DNA from: an uncultured Bacilli bacterium
GTDB lineage: Bacteria; Bacillota_I; Bacilli_A; RF39; UBA660
Length of the DNA stretch: 52,332 nt
Assembly (NCBI GenBank): GCA_944359095.1
Contig: CALVSS010000001.1
Location: 1-52,332 of the forward strand
Direction: 5' to 3'
The position numbers and the translations under genes were made by a program. Position 1 is the first letter of the stretch. The number at the start of each line of letters is the position of its first letter. The notes below the pieces were generated by a model. That model was not told the DNA's origin. It did no database searches and saw nothing but the letters and a program-made list of their open reading frames with translations. Shown piece by piece: positions 35,189 to 43,058 of this stretch.

Positions 35189-36588
35189 ATGCTTTCATAT
35201 GGAATTCTAAAGTAGAAACAAGAACCTTTATCTTTTTGTGAAGTAACTCCAAAACTATAATTATGTAATTGTAAAGCATTTTTTACAATTGATAGTCCTA
35301 GACCGGTTCCCACTAGGTTTCTTTTATGTTTCTTTTTGTTTTTATAATATTTATCCCAGATATAAGGTAGGTCTTCATCTTTAATACCTTTTCCAGTGTC
35401 TTTAATTTCTACTAAGATATCTTTTTCTTCTTTTATAACATTAATAATTACTTTATTATCTTCTCCAGTATAATTAATGGCATTATTAATTAAGTTATAA
35501 ATTACTTGTTGCATTTTCTTTTGATCGGCATTTATTATTATTTCTTTTTCTTGATGGTTAAATTCAAATTTGTAGTTTTCTGTTTCTTGTAATACTTTAT
35601 AACGATGAATAATATCTTTAGTTAAACTAATTAAGTCAAAGTCTTTTTTATCTAATTCATTAATGTTTGATTGCATACTAGATAATTCTAGAATGTCATT
35701 TACTAAAATTGTTAGACGATCTACTTCACTAATGATAATATCCATATCTTCTTTTTGCTTCTTTTTATCTTTACTGTGGAGGTCTCGGCTCATTTCTGCA
35801 TAGGCTTTAATCATTGTTAATGGAGTTTTTAAATCATGTGATACATTGGCCATTAAGTCTTGCCTTAATTCATCTGTTTTGGTTAATTCATCTCTTGCGT
35901 AATTTAGAGTATGAGCTAGTTGGTTTAATTCATTAATATCTTCTTCTGATTTAAAAGAAACTTGAAATTGTCCTTGGGCTAATTTTTTCGCAGCTTTATT
36001 CATTTCAACAATTGGTTGTGAAATGTGGTGAGATATGAAATAAGATATAATAAATGATAAAATTAAAACTAGAATAGTTACAAAGATTAATTGACTTTGT
36101 AAAATATCTACTGTACCATCAATTGGATCCATCGAAGTATTGATAAAAGCATAGTTTTCAGAATCTAATTTAATTGCTTGTATTAGAGTACGGTTTTCAA
36201 ACATTGGGTTAATTAATTCATAGGTTTGTCTTATTTTATTACTTTTAATAAAGTTTTTTTTGTATTCTAAGTTTTGTTCTTTTCCTGAGACACAACCTTT
36301 TCCAAAATACATAGAAGAATATATTGTATTTACTTTTTCATTAACTATTTCCACACAGACACTTTTATTCATTGCTTCTTTATCAATGATGTCTGCGATA
36401 TTTTTATTATCTTTGTATTTTTCTATAACGTTTGCTACTTCAGCGATGTCTTTCGTTTTACTTATTCTATAAAATTGATTCAAAAAAAGAACTTGGAATG
36501 TCCATAGGAATCCCAATATTAATAGTGAAAATATTAAAAAGTATTGCCATATCTTGATATGTAGACTATTTTTCTTCATCGTCTTCAA
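35179..36588 (-). CDS. sensor histidine kinase (two TM, extracytoplasmic domain, HAMP)
   Basis: H-box VSHDLKTPLT, N-box NLINNAINYT and G-boxes DTGKGI / GTGLGLSIV. Overlaps the regulator gene by 23 nt. Confidence 0.9.
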   Translation of the reverse strand: MKTMKKNSLHIKIWQYFLIFSLLILGFLWTFQVLFLNQFYRISKTKDIAEVANVIEKYKDNKNIADIIDKEAMNKSVCVEIVNEKVNTIYSSMYFGKGCVSGKEQNLEYKKNFIKSNKIRQTYELINPMFENRTLIQAIKLDSENYAFINTSMDPIDGTVDILQSQLIFVTILVLILSFIISYFISHHISQPIVEMNKAAKKLAQGQFQVSFKSEEDINELNQLAHTLNYARDELTKTDELRQDLMANVSHDLKTPLTMIKAYAEMSRDLHSKDKKKQKEDMDIIISEVDRLTILVNDILELSSMQSNINELDKKDFDLISLTKDIIHRYKVLQETENYKFEFNHQEKEIIINADQKKMQQVIYNLINNAINYTGEDNKVIINVIKEEKDILVEIKDTGKGIKDEDLPYIWDKYYKNKKKHKRNLVGTGLGLSIVKNALQLHNYSFGVTSQKDKGSCFYFRIPYESIKK

Positions 36589-37240
36589 TAAATTTATAAC
36601 CTGTTCCTCTAACAGTTACAATATGATTTCTATACTTACCTAAATTATTACGGAGCATTTTAATATGGGTATCTACGGTACGATCATCACCAAAGAAGTC
36701 GTAGCCCCATAATTTAGATAGTAATTGTTCTCTTGAAATGGCAATTCCTTTATTTTTAATTAAATAGGTAAGGATTTCAAATTCTTTCGGAGTAATATTT
36801 ATTAGTTTATTATCGATTTTTAATGTATGTGCGGAAAAATTAAGTTCGAGAGTATTGAGTTTATATATATTGGGTAAATTTTGATTAGCGCGGTTATAAA
36901 TAGCTTTAATACGGGCTATTAACTCTTTTGGTGAGAATGGTTTCGTTAAATAGTCGTCAATTCCTAATTCAAATCCACGAAGTTTATCTACTTCTTCTCC
37001 TCTTGCTGATAGCACAAGAGTAGGGATTCTTTTTTCTTTAGGAAGTTCTTCTAACATTGTATAACCGTCCATTTCTGGCATCATAATATCTAATACCATA
37101 AAATCATAAGTATTATTTTGAAGCTTTTGTAATGCTTCTTTTCCGCTTCCTGCTTCATCGGTAGTAAATTGGTTAGCAGCACAGTATTCTTTAATGACTT
37201 CACGAATCATTCGTTCATCATCAACAACTAATATTTTCAT
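36566..37240 (-). CDS. OmpR/PhoB-family response regulator
   Basis: MKILVVDDE...VLDIMMPEMDG...LSARG...KPF receiver domain plus a winged-helix C-terminus ...VRGTGYKF. Confidence 0.9.
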   Translation of the reverse strand: MKILVVDDERMIREVIKEYCAANQFTTDEAGSGKEALQKLQNNTYDFMVLDIMMPEMDGYTMLEELPKEKRIPTLVLSARGEEVDKLRGFELGIDDYLTKPFSPKELIARIKAIYNRANQNLPNIYKLNTLELNFSAHTLKIDNKLINITPKEFEILTYLIKNKGIAISREQLLSKLWGYDFFGDDRTVDTHIKMLRNNLGKYRNHIVTVRGTGYKFIEDDEEK

Positions 37241-37306
37241 TTGAAATCCCTTCCTGCATACATATTATACTAAATATTGTGTAAATTGCGTGAAAATTCA
37301 CTTTTT

Positions 37307-37334
37307 TTGCAAAAAAATTCCTTTATTATATAAT
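37307..37334 (+). promoter_or_regulatory. sigma-A-type promoter TTGCAA-16-TATAAT
   Basis: -35 TTGCAA at 37307-37312 and -10 TATAAT at 37329-37334. It lies 20 nt upstream of the AGGTGAG SD/ATG 37355. Confidence 0.6.
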
Positions 37335-37354
37335 AATTTTCATAGGTGAGAAAA

Positions 37355-38127
37355 ATGTTAGATAAAGATAAGTTAGAAGGTTTAAGAAATCAATATTATC
37401 AGGGTTTGTGTGATTTGCAGAATGAAGAAGATTTTGTTTCTTATTTACCTAGTCCTAATTATCCTTCTTTCTTTTCGTTGATGAGTGGTTTACTTCAGCA
37501 ATTTATGGAAGATAGAGATAGTCTTTTTGAACTTCATACTGATGACATTGAAGTCCTTAATGAAATAGATTTATTAAATCGTAAAATTACTCTTTGTGAA
37601 GGAAAAATAAAAGAAGTAGAAATGAAGAATAGTGTTTTAAATATTGAGGATAGTAAGGAAGTTAAAAGGCACCTTATTTTTGCTACTACGGTAAGTGGGA
37701 TTCCTTTTATTCAAAGAGATCTTAAAAACACACCTGAAGAGTATTATGATAGGTTTATAGATTCTCTTAATCAATTAGAGTTTGGAGAATTAAATACTAA
37801 TATTGAAAAGTCTAAGCAATTGATTGCGTTGGGTGATGTTTCGGAAATTAAGCGCTTGGTTTTCGCTTAGTATATCGCTTTCTTTCTTCTGATACTGTAT
37901 ATGTTATGCTTGCTTTCCTTAAGAAAAAGGATAATGGTAATGGTTATAGAAATAATATAAGAGTTAGAGATAAAAATACTATAGAACAGTGCCGTTCATT
38001 TGAGGATGCAATGGAAAATTCTATGAAAAAAGAATTACTTATTATGGAGCATGAAGAAATGGAAAAGGAATTAATTAGTTTTTTGGAAGAAAAAAGGAGA
38101 GGACATAAAGATGGAAAAAGTCTATAA
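37355..38127 (+). pseudogene. frameshifted gene: N-terminal unknown domain plus HigB-2/Gp49/RelE-like toxin-fold domain (track ORFs 37346..37870 and 37906..38127 are one reading unit)
   Basis: Frame 1 ends ...ALGDVSEIKRLVFA* at 37870. The -1 frame is open from 37852 and reads ALGFRLVYRFLSSDTVYVMLAFLKKKDNGNGY, the typical last beta-strands of Gp49/HigB-2/RelE-like toxins (compare ...RKIRV..GSRIIYYFLDEKRRFYLLTIYGKNE). The frames switch at a T4 run (37860-37863). The second piece has no SD of its own. Confidence 0.6.
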
Positions 38128-38398
38128 AAAAGAGTTTACAACAAAGCAGCTGTTAAAAAATGCTTCTGGTCTTAGAAAACTAGAAAGAACATATTTAGAT
38201 TATTCTCAAGCGATTCTTCATAGTCTTTCTTTTGATACTTCTATAATTAGTCCTTTACTTAGAAATCTTAATATGTCGGAAGAAGAATTATTTCAAAGAT
38301 TAAGTGGGAGTATTTCTTCTAATATTAGTTTTTTTGATCAAAGTCTTAGTTTCATCTATCAATATTTGGATGAAAAAAATGATTATAAGATTAAATAG
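38111..38398 (+). CDS. small protein, 95 aa; candidate cognate antitoxin/HTH partner
   Basis: AAGGAGAGG SD 8 nt upstream of the ATG. Overlaps the toxin-like frame by 17 nt. LNMSEEELFQRLSGSISSNISFF could be a helix-turn-helix. No confident family. Confidence 0.5.
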   Translation: MEKVYKKEFTTKQLLKNASGLRKLERTYLDYSQAILHSLSFDTSIISPLLRNLNMSEEELFQRLSGSISSNISFFDQSLSFIYQYLDEKNDYKIK

Positions 38399-39683
38399 TA
38401 AGATATTTTCTTACTTTTTTTATGGAATAAAAGGTTACTGCTAATACATTGAGAGATATAGCAATTAAAAGACCCCATAAACCAATTTTTAATAATGATA
38501 ATATGACTAAAAAACTTGATCTGATGATGACACCAATTGTTGTTGCTGTCATAGCGTCTTTACTTTTTCCCATGGCATCTAAGGCAGATGATAGAGGTGA
38601 CTGAATATATTGAAATAGGCAAATAGGGGCAAGAAAACGAATATATTTTATTCCTTCTGAGGTGTGATAGATTAAGTTTAGAGGAATTTGTGGAGCTAAA
38701 ATAAAAAATAGGGTAATAGGTATTCCTATTATTAATGAATAAGTAATAGCTTGCTTTATTTTTCTTTTTACATATCCATAATTTTTCCTTGCATATTCTC
38801 TAGATACTACTGGGAGTAGGGCTTGAGATATGGCCATAGTAAAAAAAGAGGGTAGTAATAATAATGGCATAACATAACCAGATAATATTCCATATTCTGT
38901 TGTTATAAATTTAGAGGGGTAGTTACAATAAAGAAGCGTTGTTGTTAATAGAATAGGTTCTAAAAAATAGCCAATACTTCCGATGAGTCTTCCTGTAGTA
39001 TTTGGAATTCCTATAGATAATGATTCTTTCATATAGTCTTTTTTTGGTATTAAATATTCCTTTTTTATTTCAATTTTTTTAGGTAAAAATAAAATTAATA
39101 TCAGAATAGATGATGCTTCACTAATCACATTTGATAAAATAATATAACAGACTGCATACTCTAATCCTTTTGGTAAAAAGAAGGGTATTCCAATAATCAT
39201 TAAACTTAGTCTTACAATATCTTCCACAAGATTTGATATAACGTGGGGCATCATTTTTTCTTTTCCAAAGAAATAGCTTCTACAAATACTAGATAAACTA
39301 GTAAAGGGAATAACAACTGCAATTGCTAATATGGGAAGATAACATCTAGAGTCATGAAGAAGAGTTGTTGCTAAAAATGGGGCTATTAAGATAATGGTAA
39401 TGATTAATATTAAATTAATTACAATAGAAATAGGTAAAATAGAAAAGAATAGTTTGATATTATTTTTTCTTTTTTCAGCAACTAATTTTGATAGGGCAGT
39501 AGGAAGACCAAATTGTCCAATGCCAATAAATAATGAAAAAGTGGGGAGAACCATCATATATAGTCCTAGGCCTTCTGTTCCTATTAATCTACTCATTATT
39601 ATTTTTATTAACATTCCTAATACTTTTGTTAACATACCACCTACTAATAATATAACAACTGATTTCATAAATTTTTCTTTCAT
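38391..39683 (-). CDS. MOP-superfamily polysaccharide/lipid II flippase (SpoVB/YtgP/MurJ-like)
   Basis: 430 aa with about 12 TM segments. The N-terminal LLVGGMLTKVLGMLIKIIMSRLIGTEGLGLY is typical of SpoVB/YtgP-type proteins. The start codon is uncertain (no clear SD). Confidence 0.7.
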   Translation of the reverse strand: MKEKFMKSVVILLVGGMLTKVLGMLIKIIMSRLIGTEGLGLYMMVLPTFSLFIGIGQFGLPTALSKLVAEKRKNNIKLFFSILPISIVINLILIITIILIAPFLATTLLHDSRCYLPILAIAVVIPFTSLSSICRSYFFGKEKMMPHVISNLVEDIVRLSLMIIGIPFFLPKGLEYAVCYIILSNVISEASSILILILFLPKKIEIKKEYLIPKKDYMKESLSIGIPNTTGRLIGSIGYFLEPILLTTTLLYCNYPSKFITTEYGILSGYVMPLLLLPSFFTMAISQALLPVVSREYARKNYGYVKRKIKQAITYSLIIGIPITLFFILAPQIPLNLIYHTSEGIKYIRFLAPICLFQYIQSPLSSALDAMGKSKDAMTATTIGVIIRSSFLVILSLLKIGLWGLLIAISLNVLAVTFYSIKKVRKYLTI

Positions 39684-39750
39684 GGTACCAGTATATGTTA
39701 AAAAAATTTTTCTATTAAATGTATAAAAATACTTTTATTTTTTTTAATTT

Positions 39751-39759
39751 ATGGTATGA
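39751..39759 (+). promoter_or_regulatory. extended -10-like element TGGTATGAT
   Basis: A variant of the recurrent ATGGTATAAT promoter motif. It would give a ~160-nt leader for the gene starting at 39927. Confidence 0.4.
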
Positions 39760-39794
39760 TTAGTATGAAGATAATTTTATTACTTGGTGTAAAT

Positions 39795-39841
39795 AATTGT
39801 CAATCGAACAATTGTCAAAAAGTGTAAATTATTTTTGTCAA
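39795..39841 (+). repeat. direct repeats AATTGTCAA (x2, 15-bp period) plus TTGTCAA
   Basis: AATTGTCAA at 39795-39803 and 39810-39818; TTGTCAA at 39835-39841. Confidence 0.6.
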
Positions 39842-39926
39842 TAAAACTAAAAATAGAAGAAATTTATAATTAAGTCTTTCTTCTTTTTTATGGGATATGA
39901 TAGACTAGTTTTGAGGTGGAGATAGT

Positions 39927-40943
39927 ATGAACGGATTAATCGATTTTTTAACGACAGAGGAAATGATAGTGGTGTATTTATTGATAGGGATTGCATCCGT
40001 TTTATATTTTATTATATATATTTTTGATAAGACTTATTATAAGAGAAAGCAACGTCAAAATACTAAAGAATTAAATAAGATTGTGGAAGACTCTCCTGTT
40101 TTTGATTCAAAGAAAGAAGAAGTACCTGTTTTAAGTATTGTTCCTGATACAAAGGTTGTGGATACTCCTGTAATTGTTGAAAGTGTGAAAGAAGAAGTTA
40201 GTACTCCTGCTGTTCCTATTCTTTCTGTTACACCAGAAGAAGTTGTTAGTGAAGCTAAAAAAGAAGTAGTACCAGTAATAGAAAAGAAAGAAGAATCTCC
40301 AAAGATAGTACCAGTTACTTCTACTCCTGTTGCTGAAAAAGTACAGACTGTTCCTAAAAAAGAAGAAGAATTACAATATACTAGTATTGAGCCAGATCCA
40401 AGTGAAGCACAAAAAGAATTAATGAAATTAACAGAGACTTTACAACAAGCTGAAGAAGAAGTTAAGAATATAGATTTAACTGCTTTTGAAGAAGAACAGG
40501 AACAAAATGCTATTATTAGTTTAGATGAATTAATGAAAAGAAATAAAGCTTTATATGAAAGTGGACAGTTAGAAAAACTTGATGATGAAGGTAATGAACC
40601 AATTAGTTTACAAGATTTAGAAGCTAGAATGAATGCTACTAAAGTAAAAGAAGAGCCAGTAATTATAGAAGCTAATAATGATAATCCAGTGATTGTTGAC
40701 GAAGTACCTAAAGTTAGTATTCCTAAAGTAGAAGAAGCTCCAAGACCTATTTATCAAGAACATAAGAAATTTAAGAGTAGTCCGGTTATTTCTCCTGTAT
40801 TTGGAATTGAAAAACCAGAAGTTCATACTTCTTCAGATATAGAACTTGAAAATACGGCAAATTATGAAAAATTAGATGAAGAAATTAGAAAAACAAATGA
40901 ATTTTTAATGACTTTAAAAGAATTACAGAAAAAGTTAGATTAA
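39927..40943 (+). CDS. membrane-anchored protein with E/V/P/K-rich low-complexity linker
   Basis: One N-terminal TM (VVYLLIGIASVLYFIIYIF), a ~120-aa reiterated (E)EV(x)PV-type region, and a conserved-looking C-terminal part (FKSSPVISPVFGIEKP...). GAGGTGGAG SD. Confidence 0.6.
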   Translation: MNGLIDFLTTEEMIVVYLLIGIASVLYFIIYIFDKTYYKRKQRQNTKELNKIVEDSPVFDSKKEEVPVLSIVPDTKVVDTPVIVESVKEEVSTPAVPILSVTPEEVVSEAKKEVVPVIEKKEESPKIVPVTSTPVAEKVQTVPKKEEELQYTSIEPDPSEAQKELMKLTETLQQAEEEVKNIDLTAFEEEQEQNAIISLDELMKRNKALYESGQLEKLDDEGNEPISLQDLEARMNATKVKEEPVIIEANNDNPVIVDEVPKVSIPKVEEAPRPIYQEHKKFKSSPVISPVFGIEKPEVHTSSDIELENTANYEKLDEEIRKTNEFLMTLKELQKKLD

Positions 40944-40954
40944 ATTTTAAATTT

Positions 40955-40976
40955 AAGCTCTTTGAGAGCTTTTTTT
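40955..40976 (+). terminator. rho-independent terminator
   Basis: AAGCTCT (40955-40961) pairs with AGAGCTT (40965-40971) and is followed by a T-run. Confidence 0.75.
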
Positions 40977-41001
40977 CTTGGTTGTAAAAGTTATTATATT
41001 A

Positions 41002-41010
41002 TGGTATAAT
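41002..41010 (+). promoter_or_regulatory. extended -10 element TGGTATAAT
   Basis: TGnTATAAT lies 26 nt upstream of ATG 41036. Confidence 0.55.
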
Positions 41011-41035
41011 TTGTAGACGAAAAGGACTGTTGTCT

Positions 41036-41764
41036 ATGAAGAAAAAGTATTTAGATATTATTATTGCTTTTTTCCTTTTTGGTATTATGATATTACTTAT
41101 TCTTTTATTGTGGACAGTGAAAAATCAAGAAGAAAAAAAGACAGTAACGTCTTATCCGGAAGAGAAAAATGCTAAAAGTACGAAGAACAGTTCATCTAAA
41201 ACTTTATTTACTGATACGAAAGAAGCTAAAAGTGAAGATGAAGTTGTTTCTTATGTAGAAGAAATAAATCAAGATGTAGAACAATTATCAAATTCTAAAG
41301 ATGGTAAAAATATTAAAGAAAAGTTGGAAGATACCTTTATTACTTTTACTGATTTTATATTCTATGGTGGTACGATTAAAGGAGTTACTTTTCAAGAATT
41401 AACTTTAGATGCTAAAAATACGGTTTTAGATCTTTATTATAAGTTAGATAAAACTATTGAAAGTAAGTATCCTAATTATAAAGAAACTATTCAGTCTACG
41501 ACTGAGAATAGTTATACTACTGCAATGGAAAAAGCAAAAGAGTTAAAAGATAGTCTTATTACTAATTATAAAGAAACAGTAGGAGAAGATACATATCATT
41601 CTGTTGTAAGTGATTATGAAAGTAATAAAGATAGATTAAAAGATTCTTATCAACCATATTTAGATAAAGGAAAAGATATTATTGATCAAGGAAAAGAAGC
41701 TATTTCTGATGGTATTGATCAACTAGATACTTGGTATCAAAATTTTAAAGAAAGTAGGGAGTAA
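41036..41764 (+). CDS. membrane-anchored hypothetical protein
   Basis: N-terminal TM (IIIAFFLFGIMILLILLLW) followed by a hydrophilic K/E/D-rich domain. No family recognised. Confidence 0.6.
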   Translation: MKKKYLDIIIAFFLFGIMILLILLLWTVKNQEEKKTVTSYPEEKNAKSTKNSSSKTLFTDTKEAKSEDEVVSYVEEINQDVEQLSNSKDGKNIKEKLEDTFITFTDFIFYGGTIKGVTFQELTLDAKNTVLDLYYKLDKTIESKYPNYKETIQSTTENSYTTAMEKAKELKDSLITNYKETVGEDTYHSVVSDYESNKDRLKDSYQPYLDKGKDIIDQGKEAISDGIDQLDTWYQNFKESRE

Positions 41765-41765
41765 T

Positions 41766-43049
41766 TTGCGAACAGTTGGAGTTTTAACATTGGGATGTAA
41801 GGTAAATACTTATGAAAGTGAATATATTATTCATTTATTAAAAGAACATAATTATATTATTAAAGATTTTGATGATATTTGTGATGTTTATATTATTAAT
41901 ACTTGTACAGTTACGAATACTAGTGATATTAAATCAAGAAAAATGATTAGAAAAGCGATTCGTAGGAATCCTCAAGCTTGTGTTGTTGCGATGGGATGTT
42001 TTATTGAAGCTAATAAAGATTTTTCTATTCCAGGCCTTGATATTATTATTGGTAATAAAGATAAATCTAAAATTATAGAACTTTTAGATGAATGGTTTCA
42101 AAAAAGAAAAGATATACGTAGGTTATATTCTTCTCTTCCAAGAGAGTTTGAAGATATGTATATTAGTGAATTTCCTGGTCGTACTAGGGCATTTGTTAAA
42201 ATACAAGACGGGTGTGAAAATTTTTGCTCCTATTGTATTATTCCTTATGTTCGTGGAAAATGTCGTAGTAAAAAGAAAGAAGACGTTGTCAGTGAAATTA
42301 CTAGTTTAGTAAAGCATGGTTATCAAGAAGTTGTTTTAACTGGTATTCATACTGGTAATTATGGAGTGGATTTAGATACTAATTTTAGTGAACTTTTAAA
42401 AGAAATTTGTGCTATTCCTGGTTTAAAAAGATTAAGAATTTCTTCTATTGAAATTACAGAATTAACAGATTCTGTTTTAGAAGTTATTAAAGACCATTCT
42501 ATTATTGTTAATCATATGCATATTCCTCTACAAGCTGGTAGTAATCATGTTTTAAAGTTAATGAATCGAAAATATGATTTGGATTATTTCTTTCATAAAA
42601 TAGAAGACATTCGTAAAATACGTCCTCATATGGCTATTACAACAGACGTAATTGTTGGTTTTCCAGGAGAAAGTGAAGAGGATTTTCAAGAGACTTTAGA
42701 TGTTTGTAGAAAATTAGGATTTGCTAAAATCCATGTTTTCCCATATAGTGAAAGAAAAGGTACCAAAGCTATGGAATTACCTGATCATATTGATCCGGCA
42801 GTAAAGAAGGAAAGAGCTAGAAGACTTTTAGCTTTATCTAAAGAGTTAGAATGTAATTATTATCAGTCTTTTGTTGGTAAAGAAGTAGTGGTTTTAGTAG
42901 AAGAACATAAAGATAGAAAAAGTTTTGGACATACAGATACGTATTTACATGTACAAATTCCTAAAATAATAGATAGAAATACATTTGTTACTGTAAAAGT
43001 TATTGATGTATGCTATCCTTATTGTATAGGAGAAGTTATAGAAAAGTAG
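41766..43049 (+). CDS. mtaB: tRNA t6A37 methylthiotransferase MtaB (radical SAM MTTase)
   Basis: N-terminal TLGCKVNTYESE (UPF0004 domain cysteines), radical SAM CENFCSYC, and a C-terminal TRAM-like part. TTG start. Confidence 0.85.
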   Translation: MRTVGVLTLGCKVNTYESEYIIHLLKEHNYIIKDFDDICDVYIINTCTVTNTSDIKSRKMIRKAIRRNPQACVVAMGCFIEANKDFSIPGLDIIIGNKDKSKIIELLDEWFQKRKDIRRLYSSLPREFEDMYISEFPGRTRAFVKIQDGCENFCSYCIIPYVRGKCRSKKKEDVVSEITSLVKHGYQEVVLTGIHTGNYGVDLDTNFSELLKEICAIPGLKRLRISSIEITELTDSVLEVIKDHSIIVNHMHIPLQAGSNHVLKLMNRKYDLDYFFHKIEDIRKIRPHMAITTDVIVGFPGESEEDFQETLDVCRKLGFAKIHVFPYSERKGTKAMELPDHIDPAVKKERARRLLALSKELECNYYQSFVGKEVVVLVEEHKDRKSFGHTDTYLHVQIPKIIDRNTFVTVKVIDVCYPYCIGEVIEK

Positions 43050-43058
43050 GAGGAATTT

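Noticed and set aside
39394-39726. Track ORF 39394..39726 on the plus strand.
   Set aside because: It is the antisense shadow of the N-terminal part of the flippase gene (38391..39683, minus strand).
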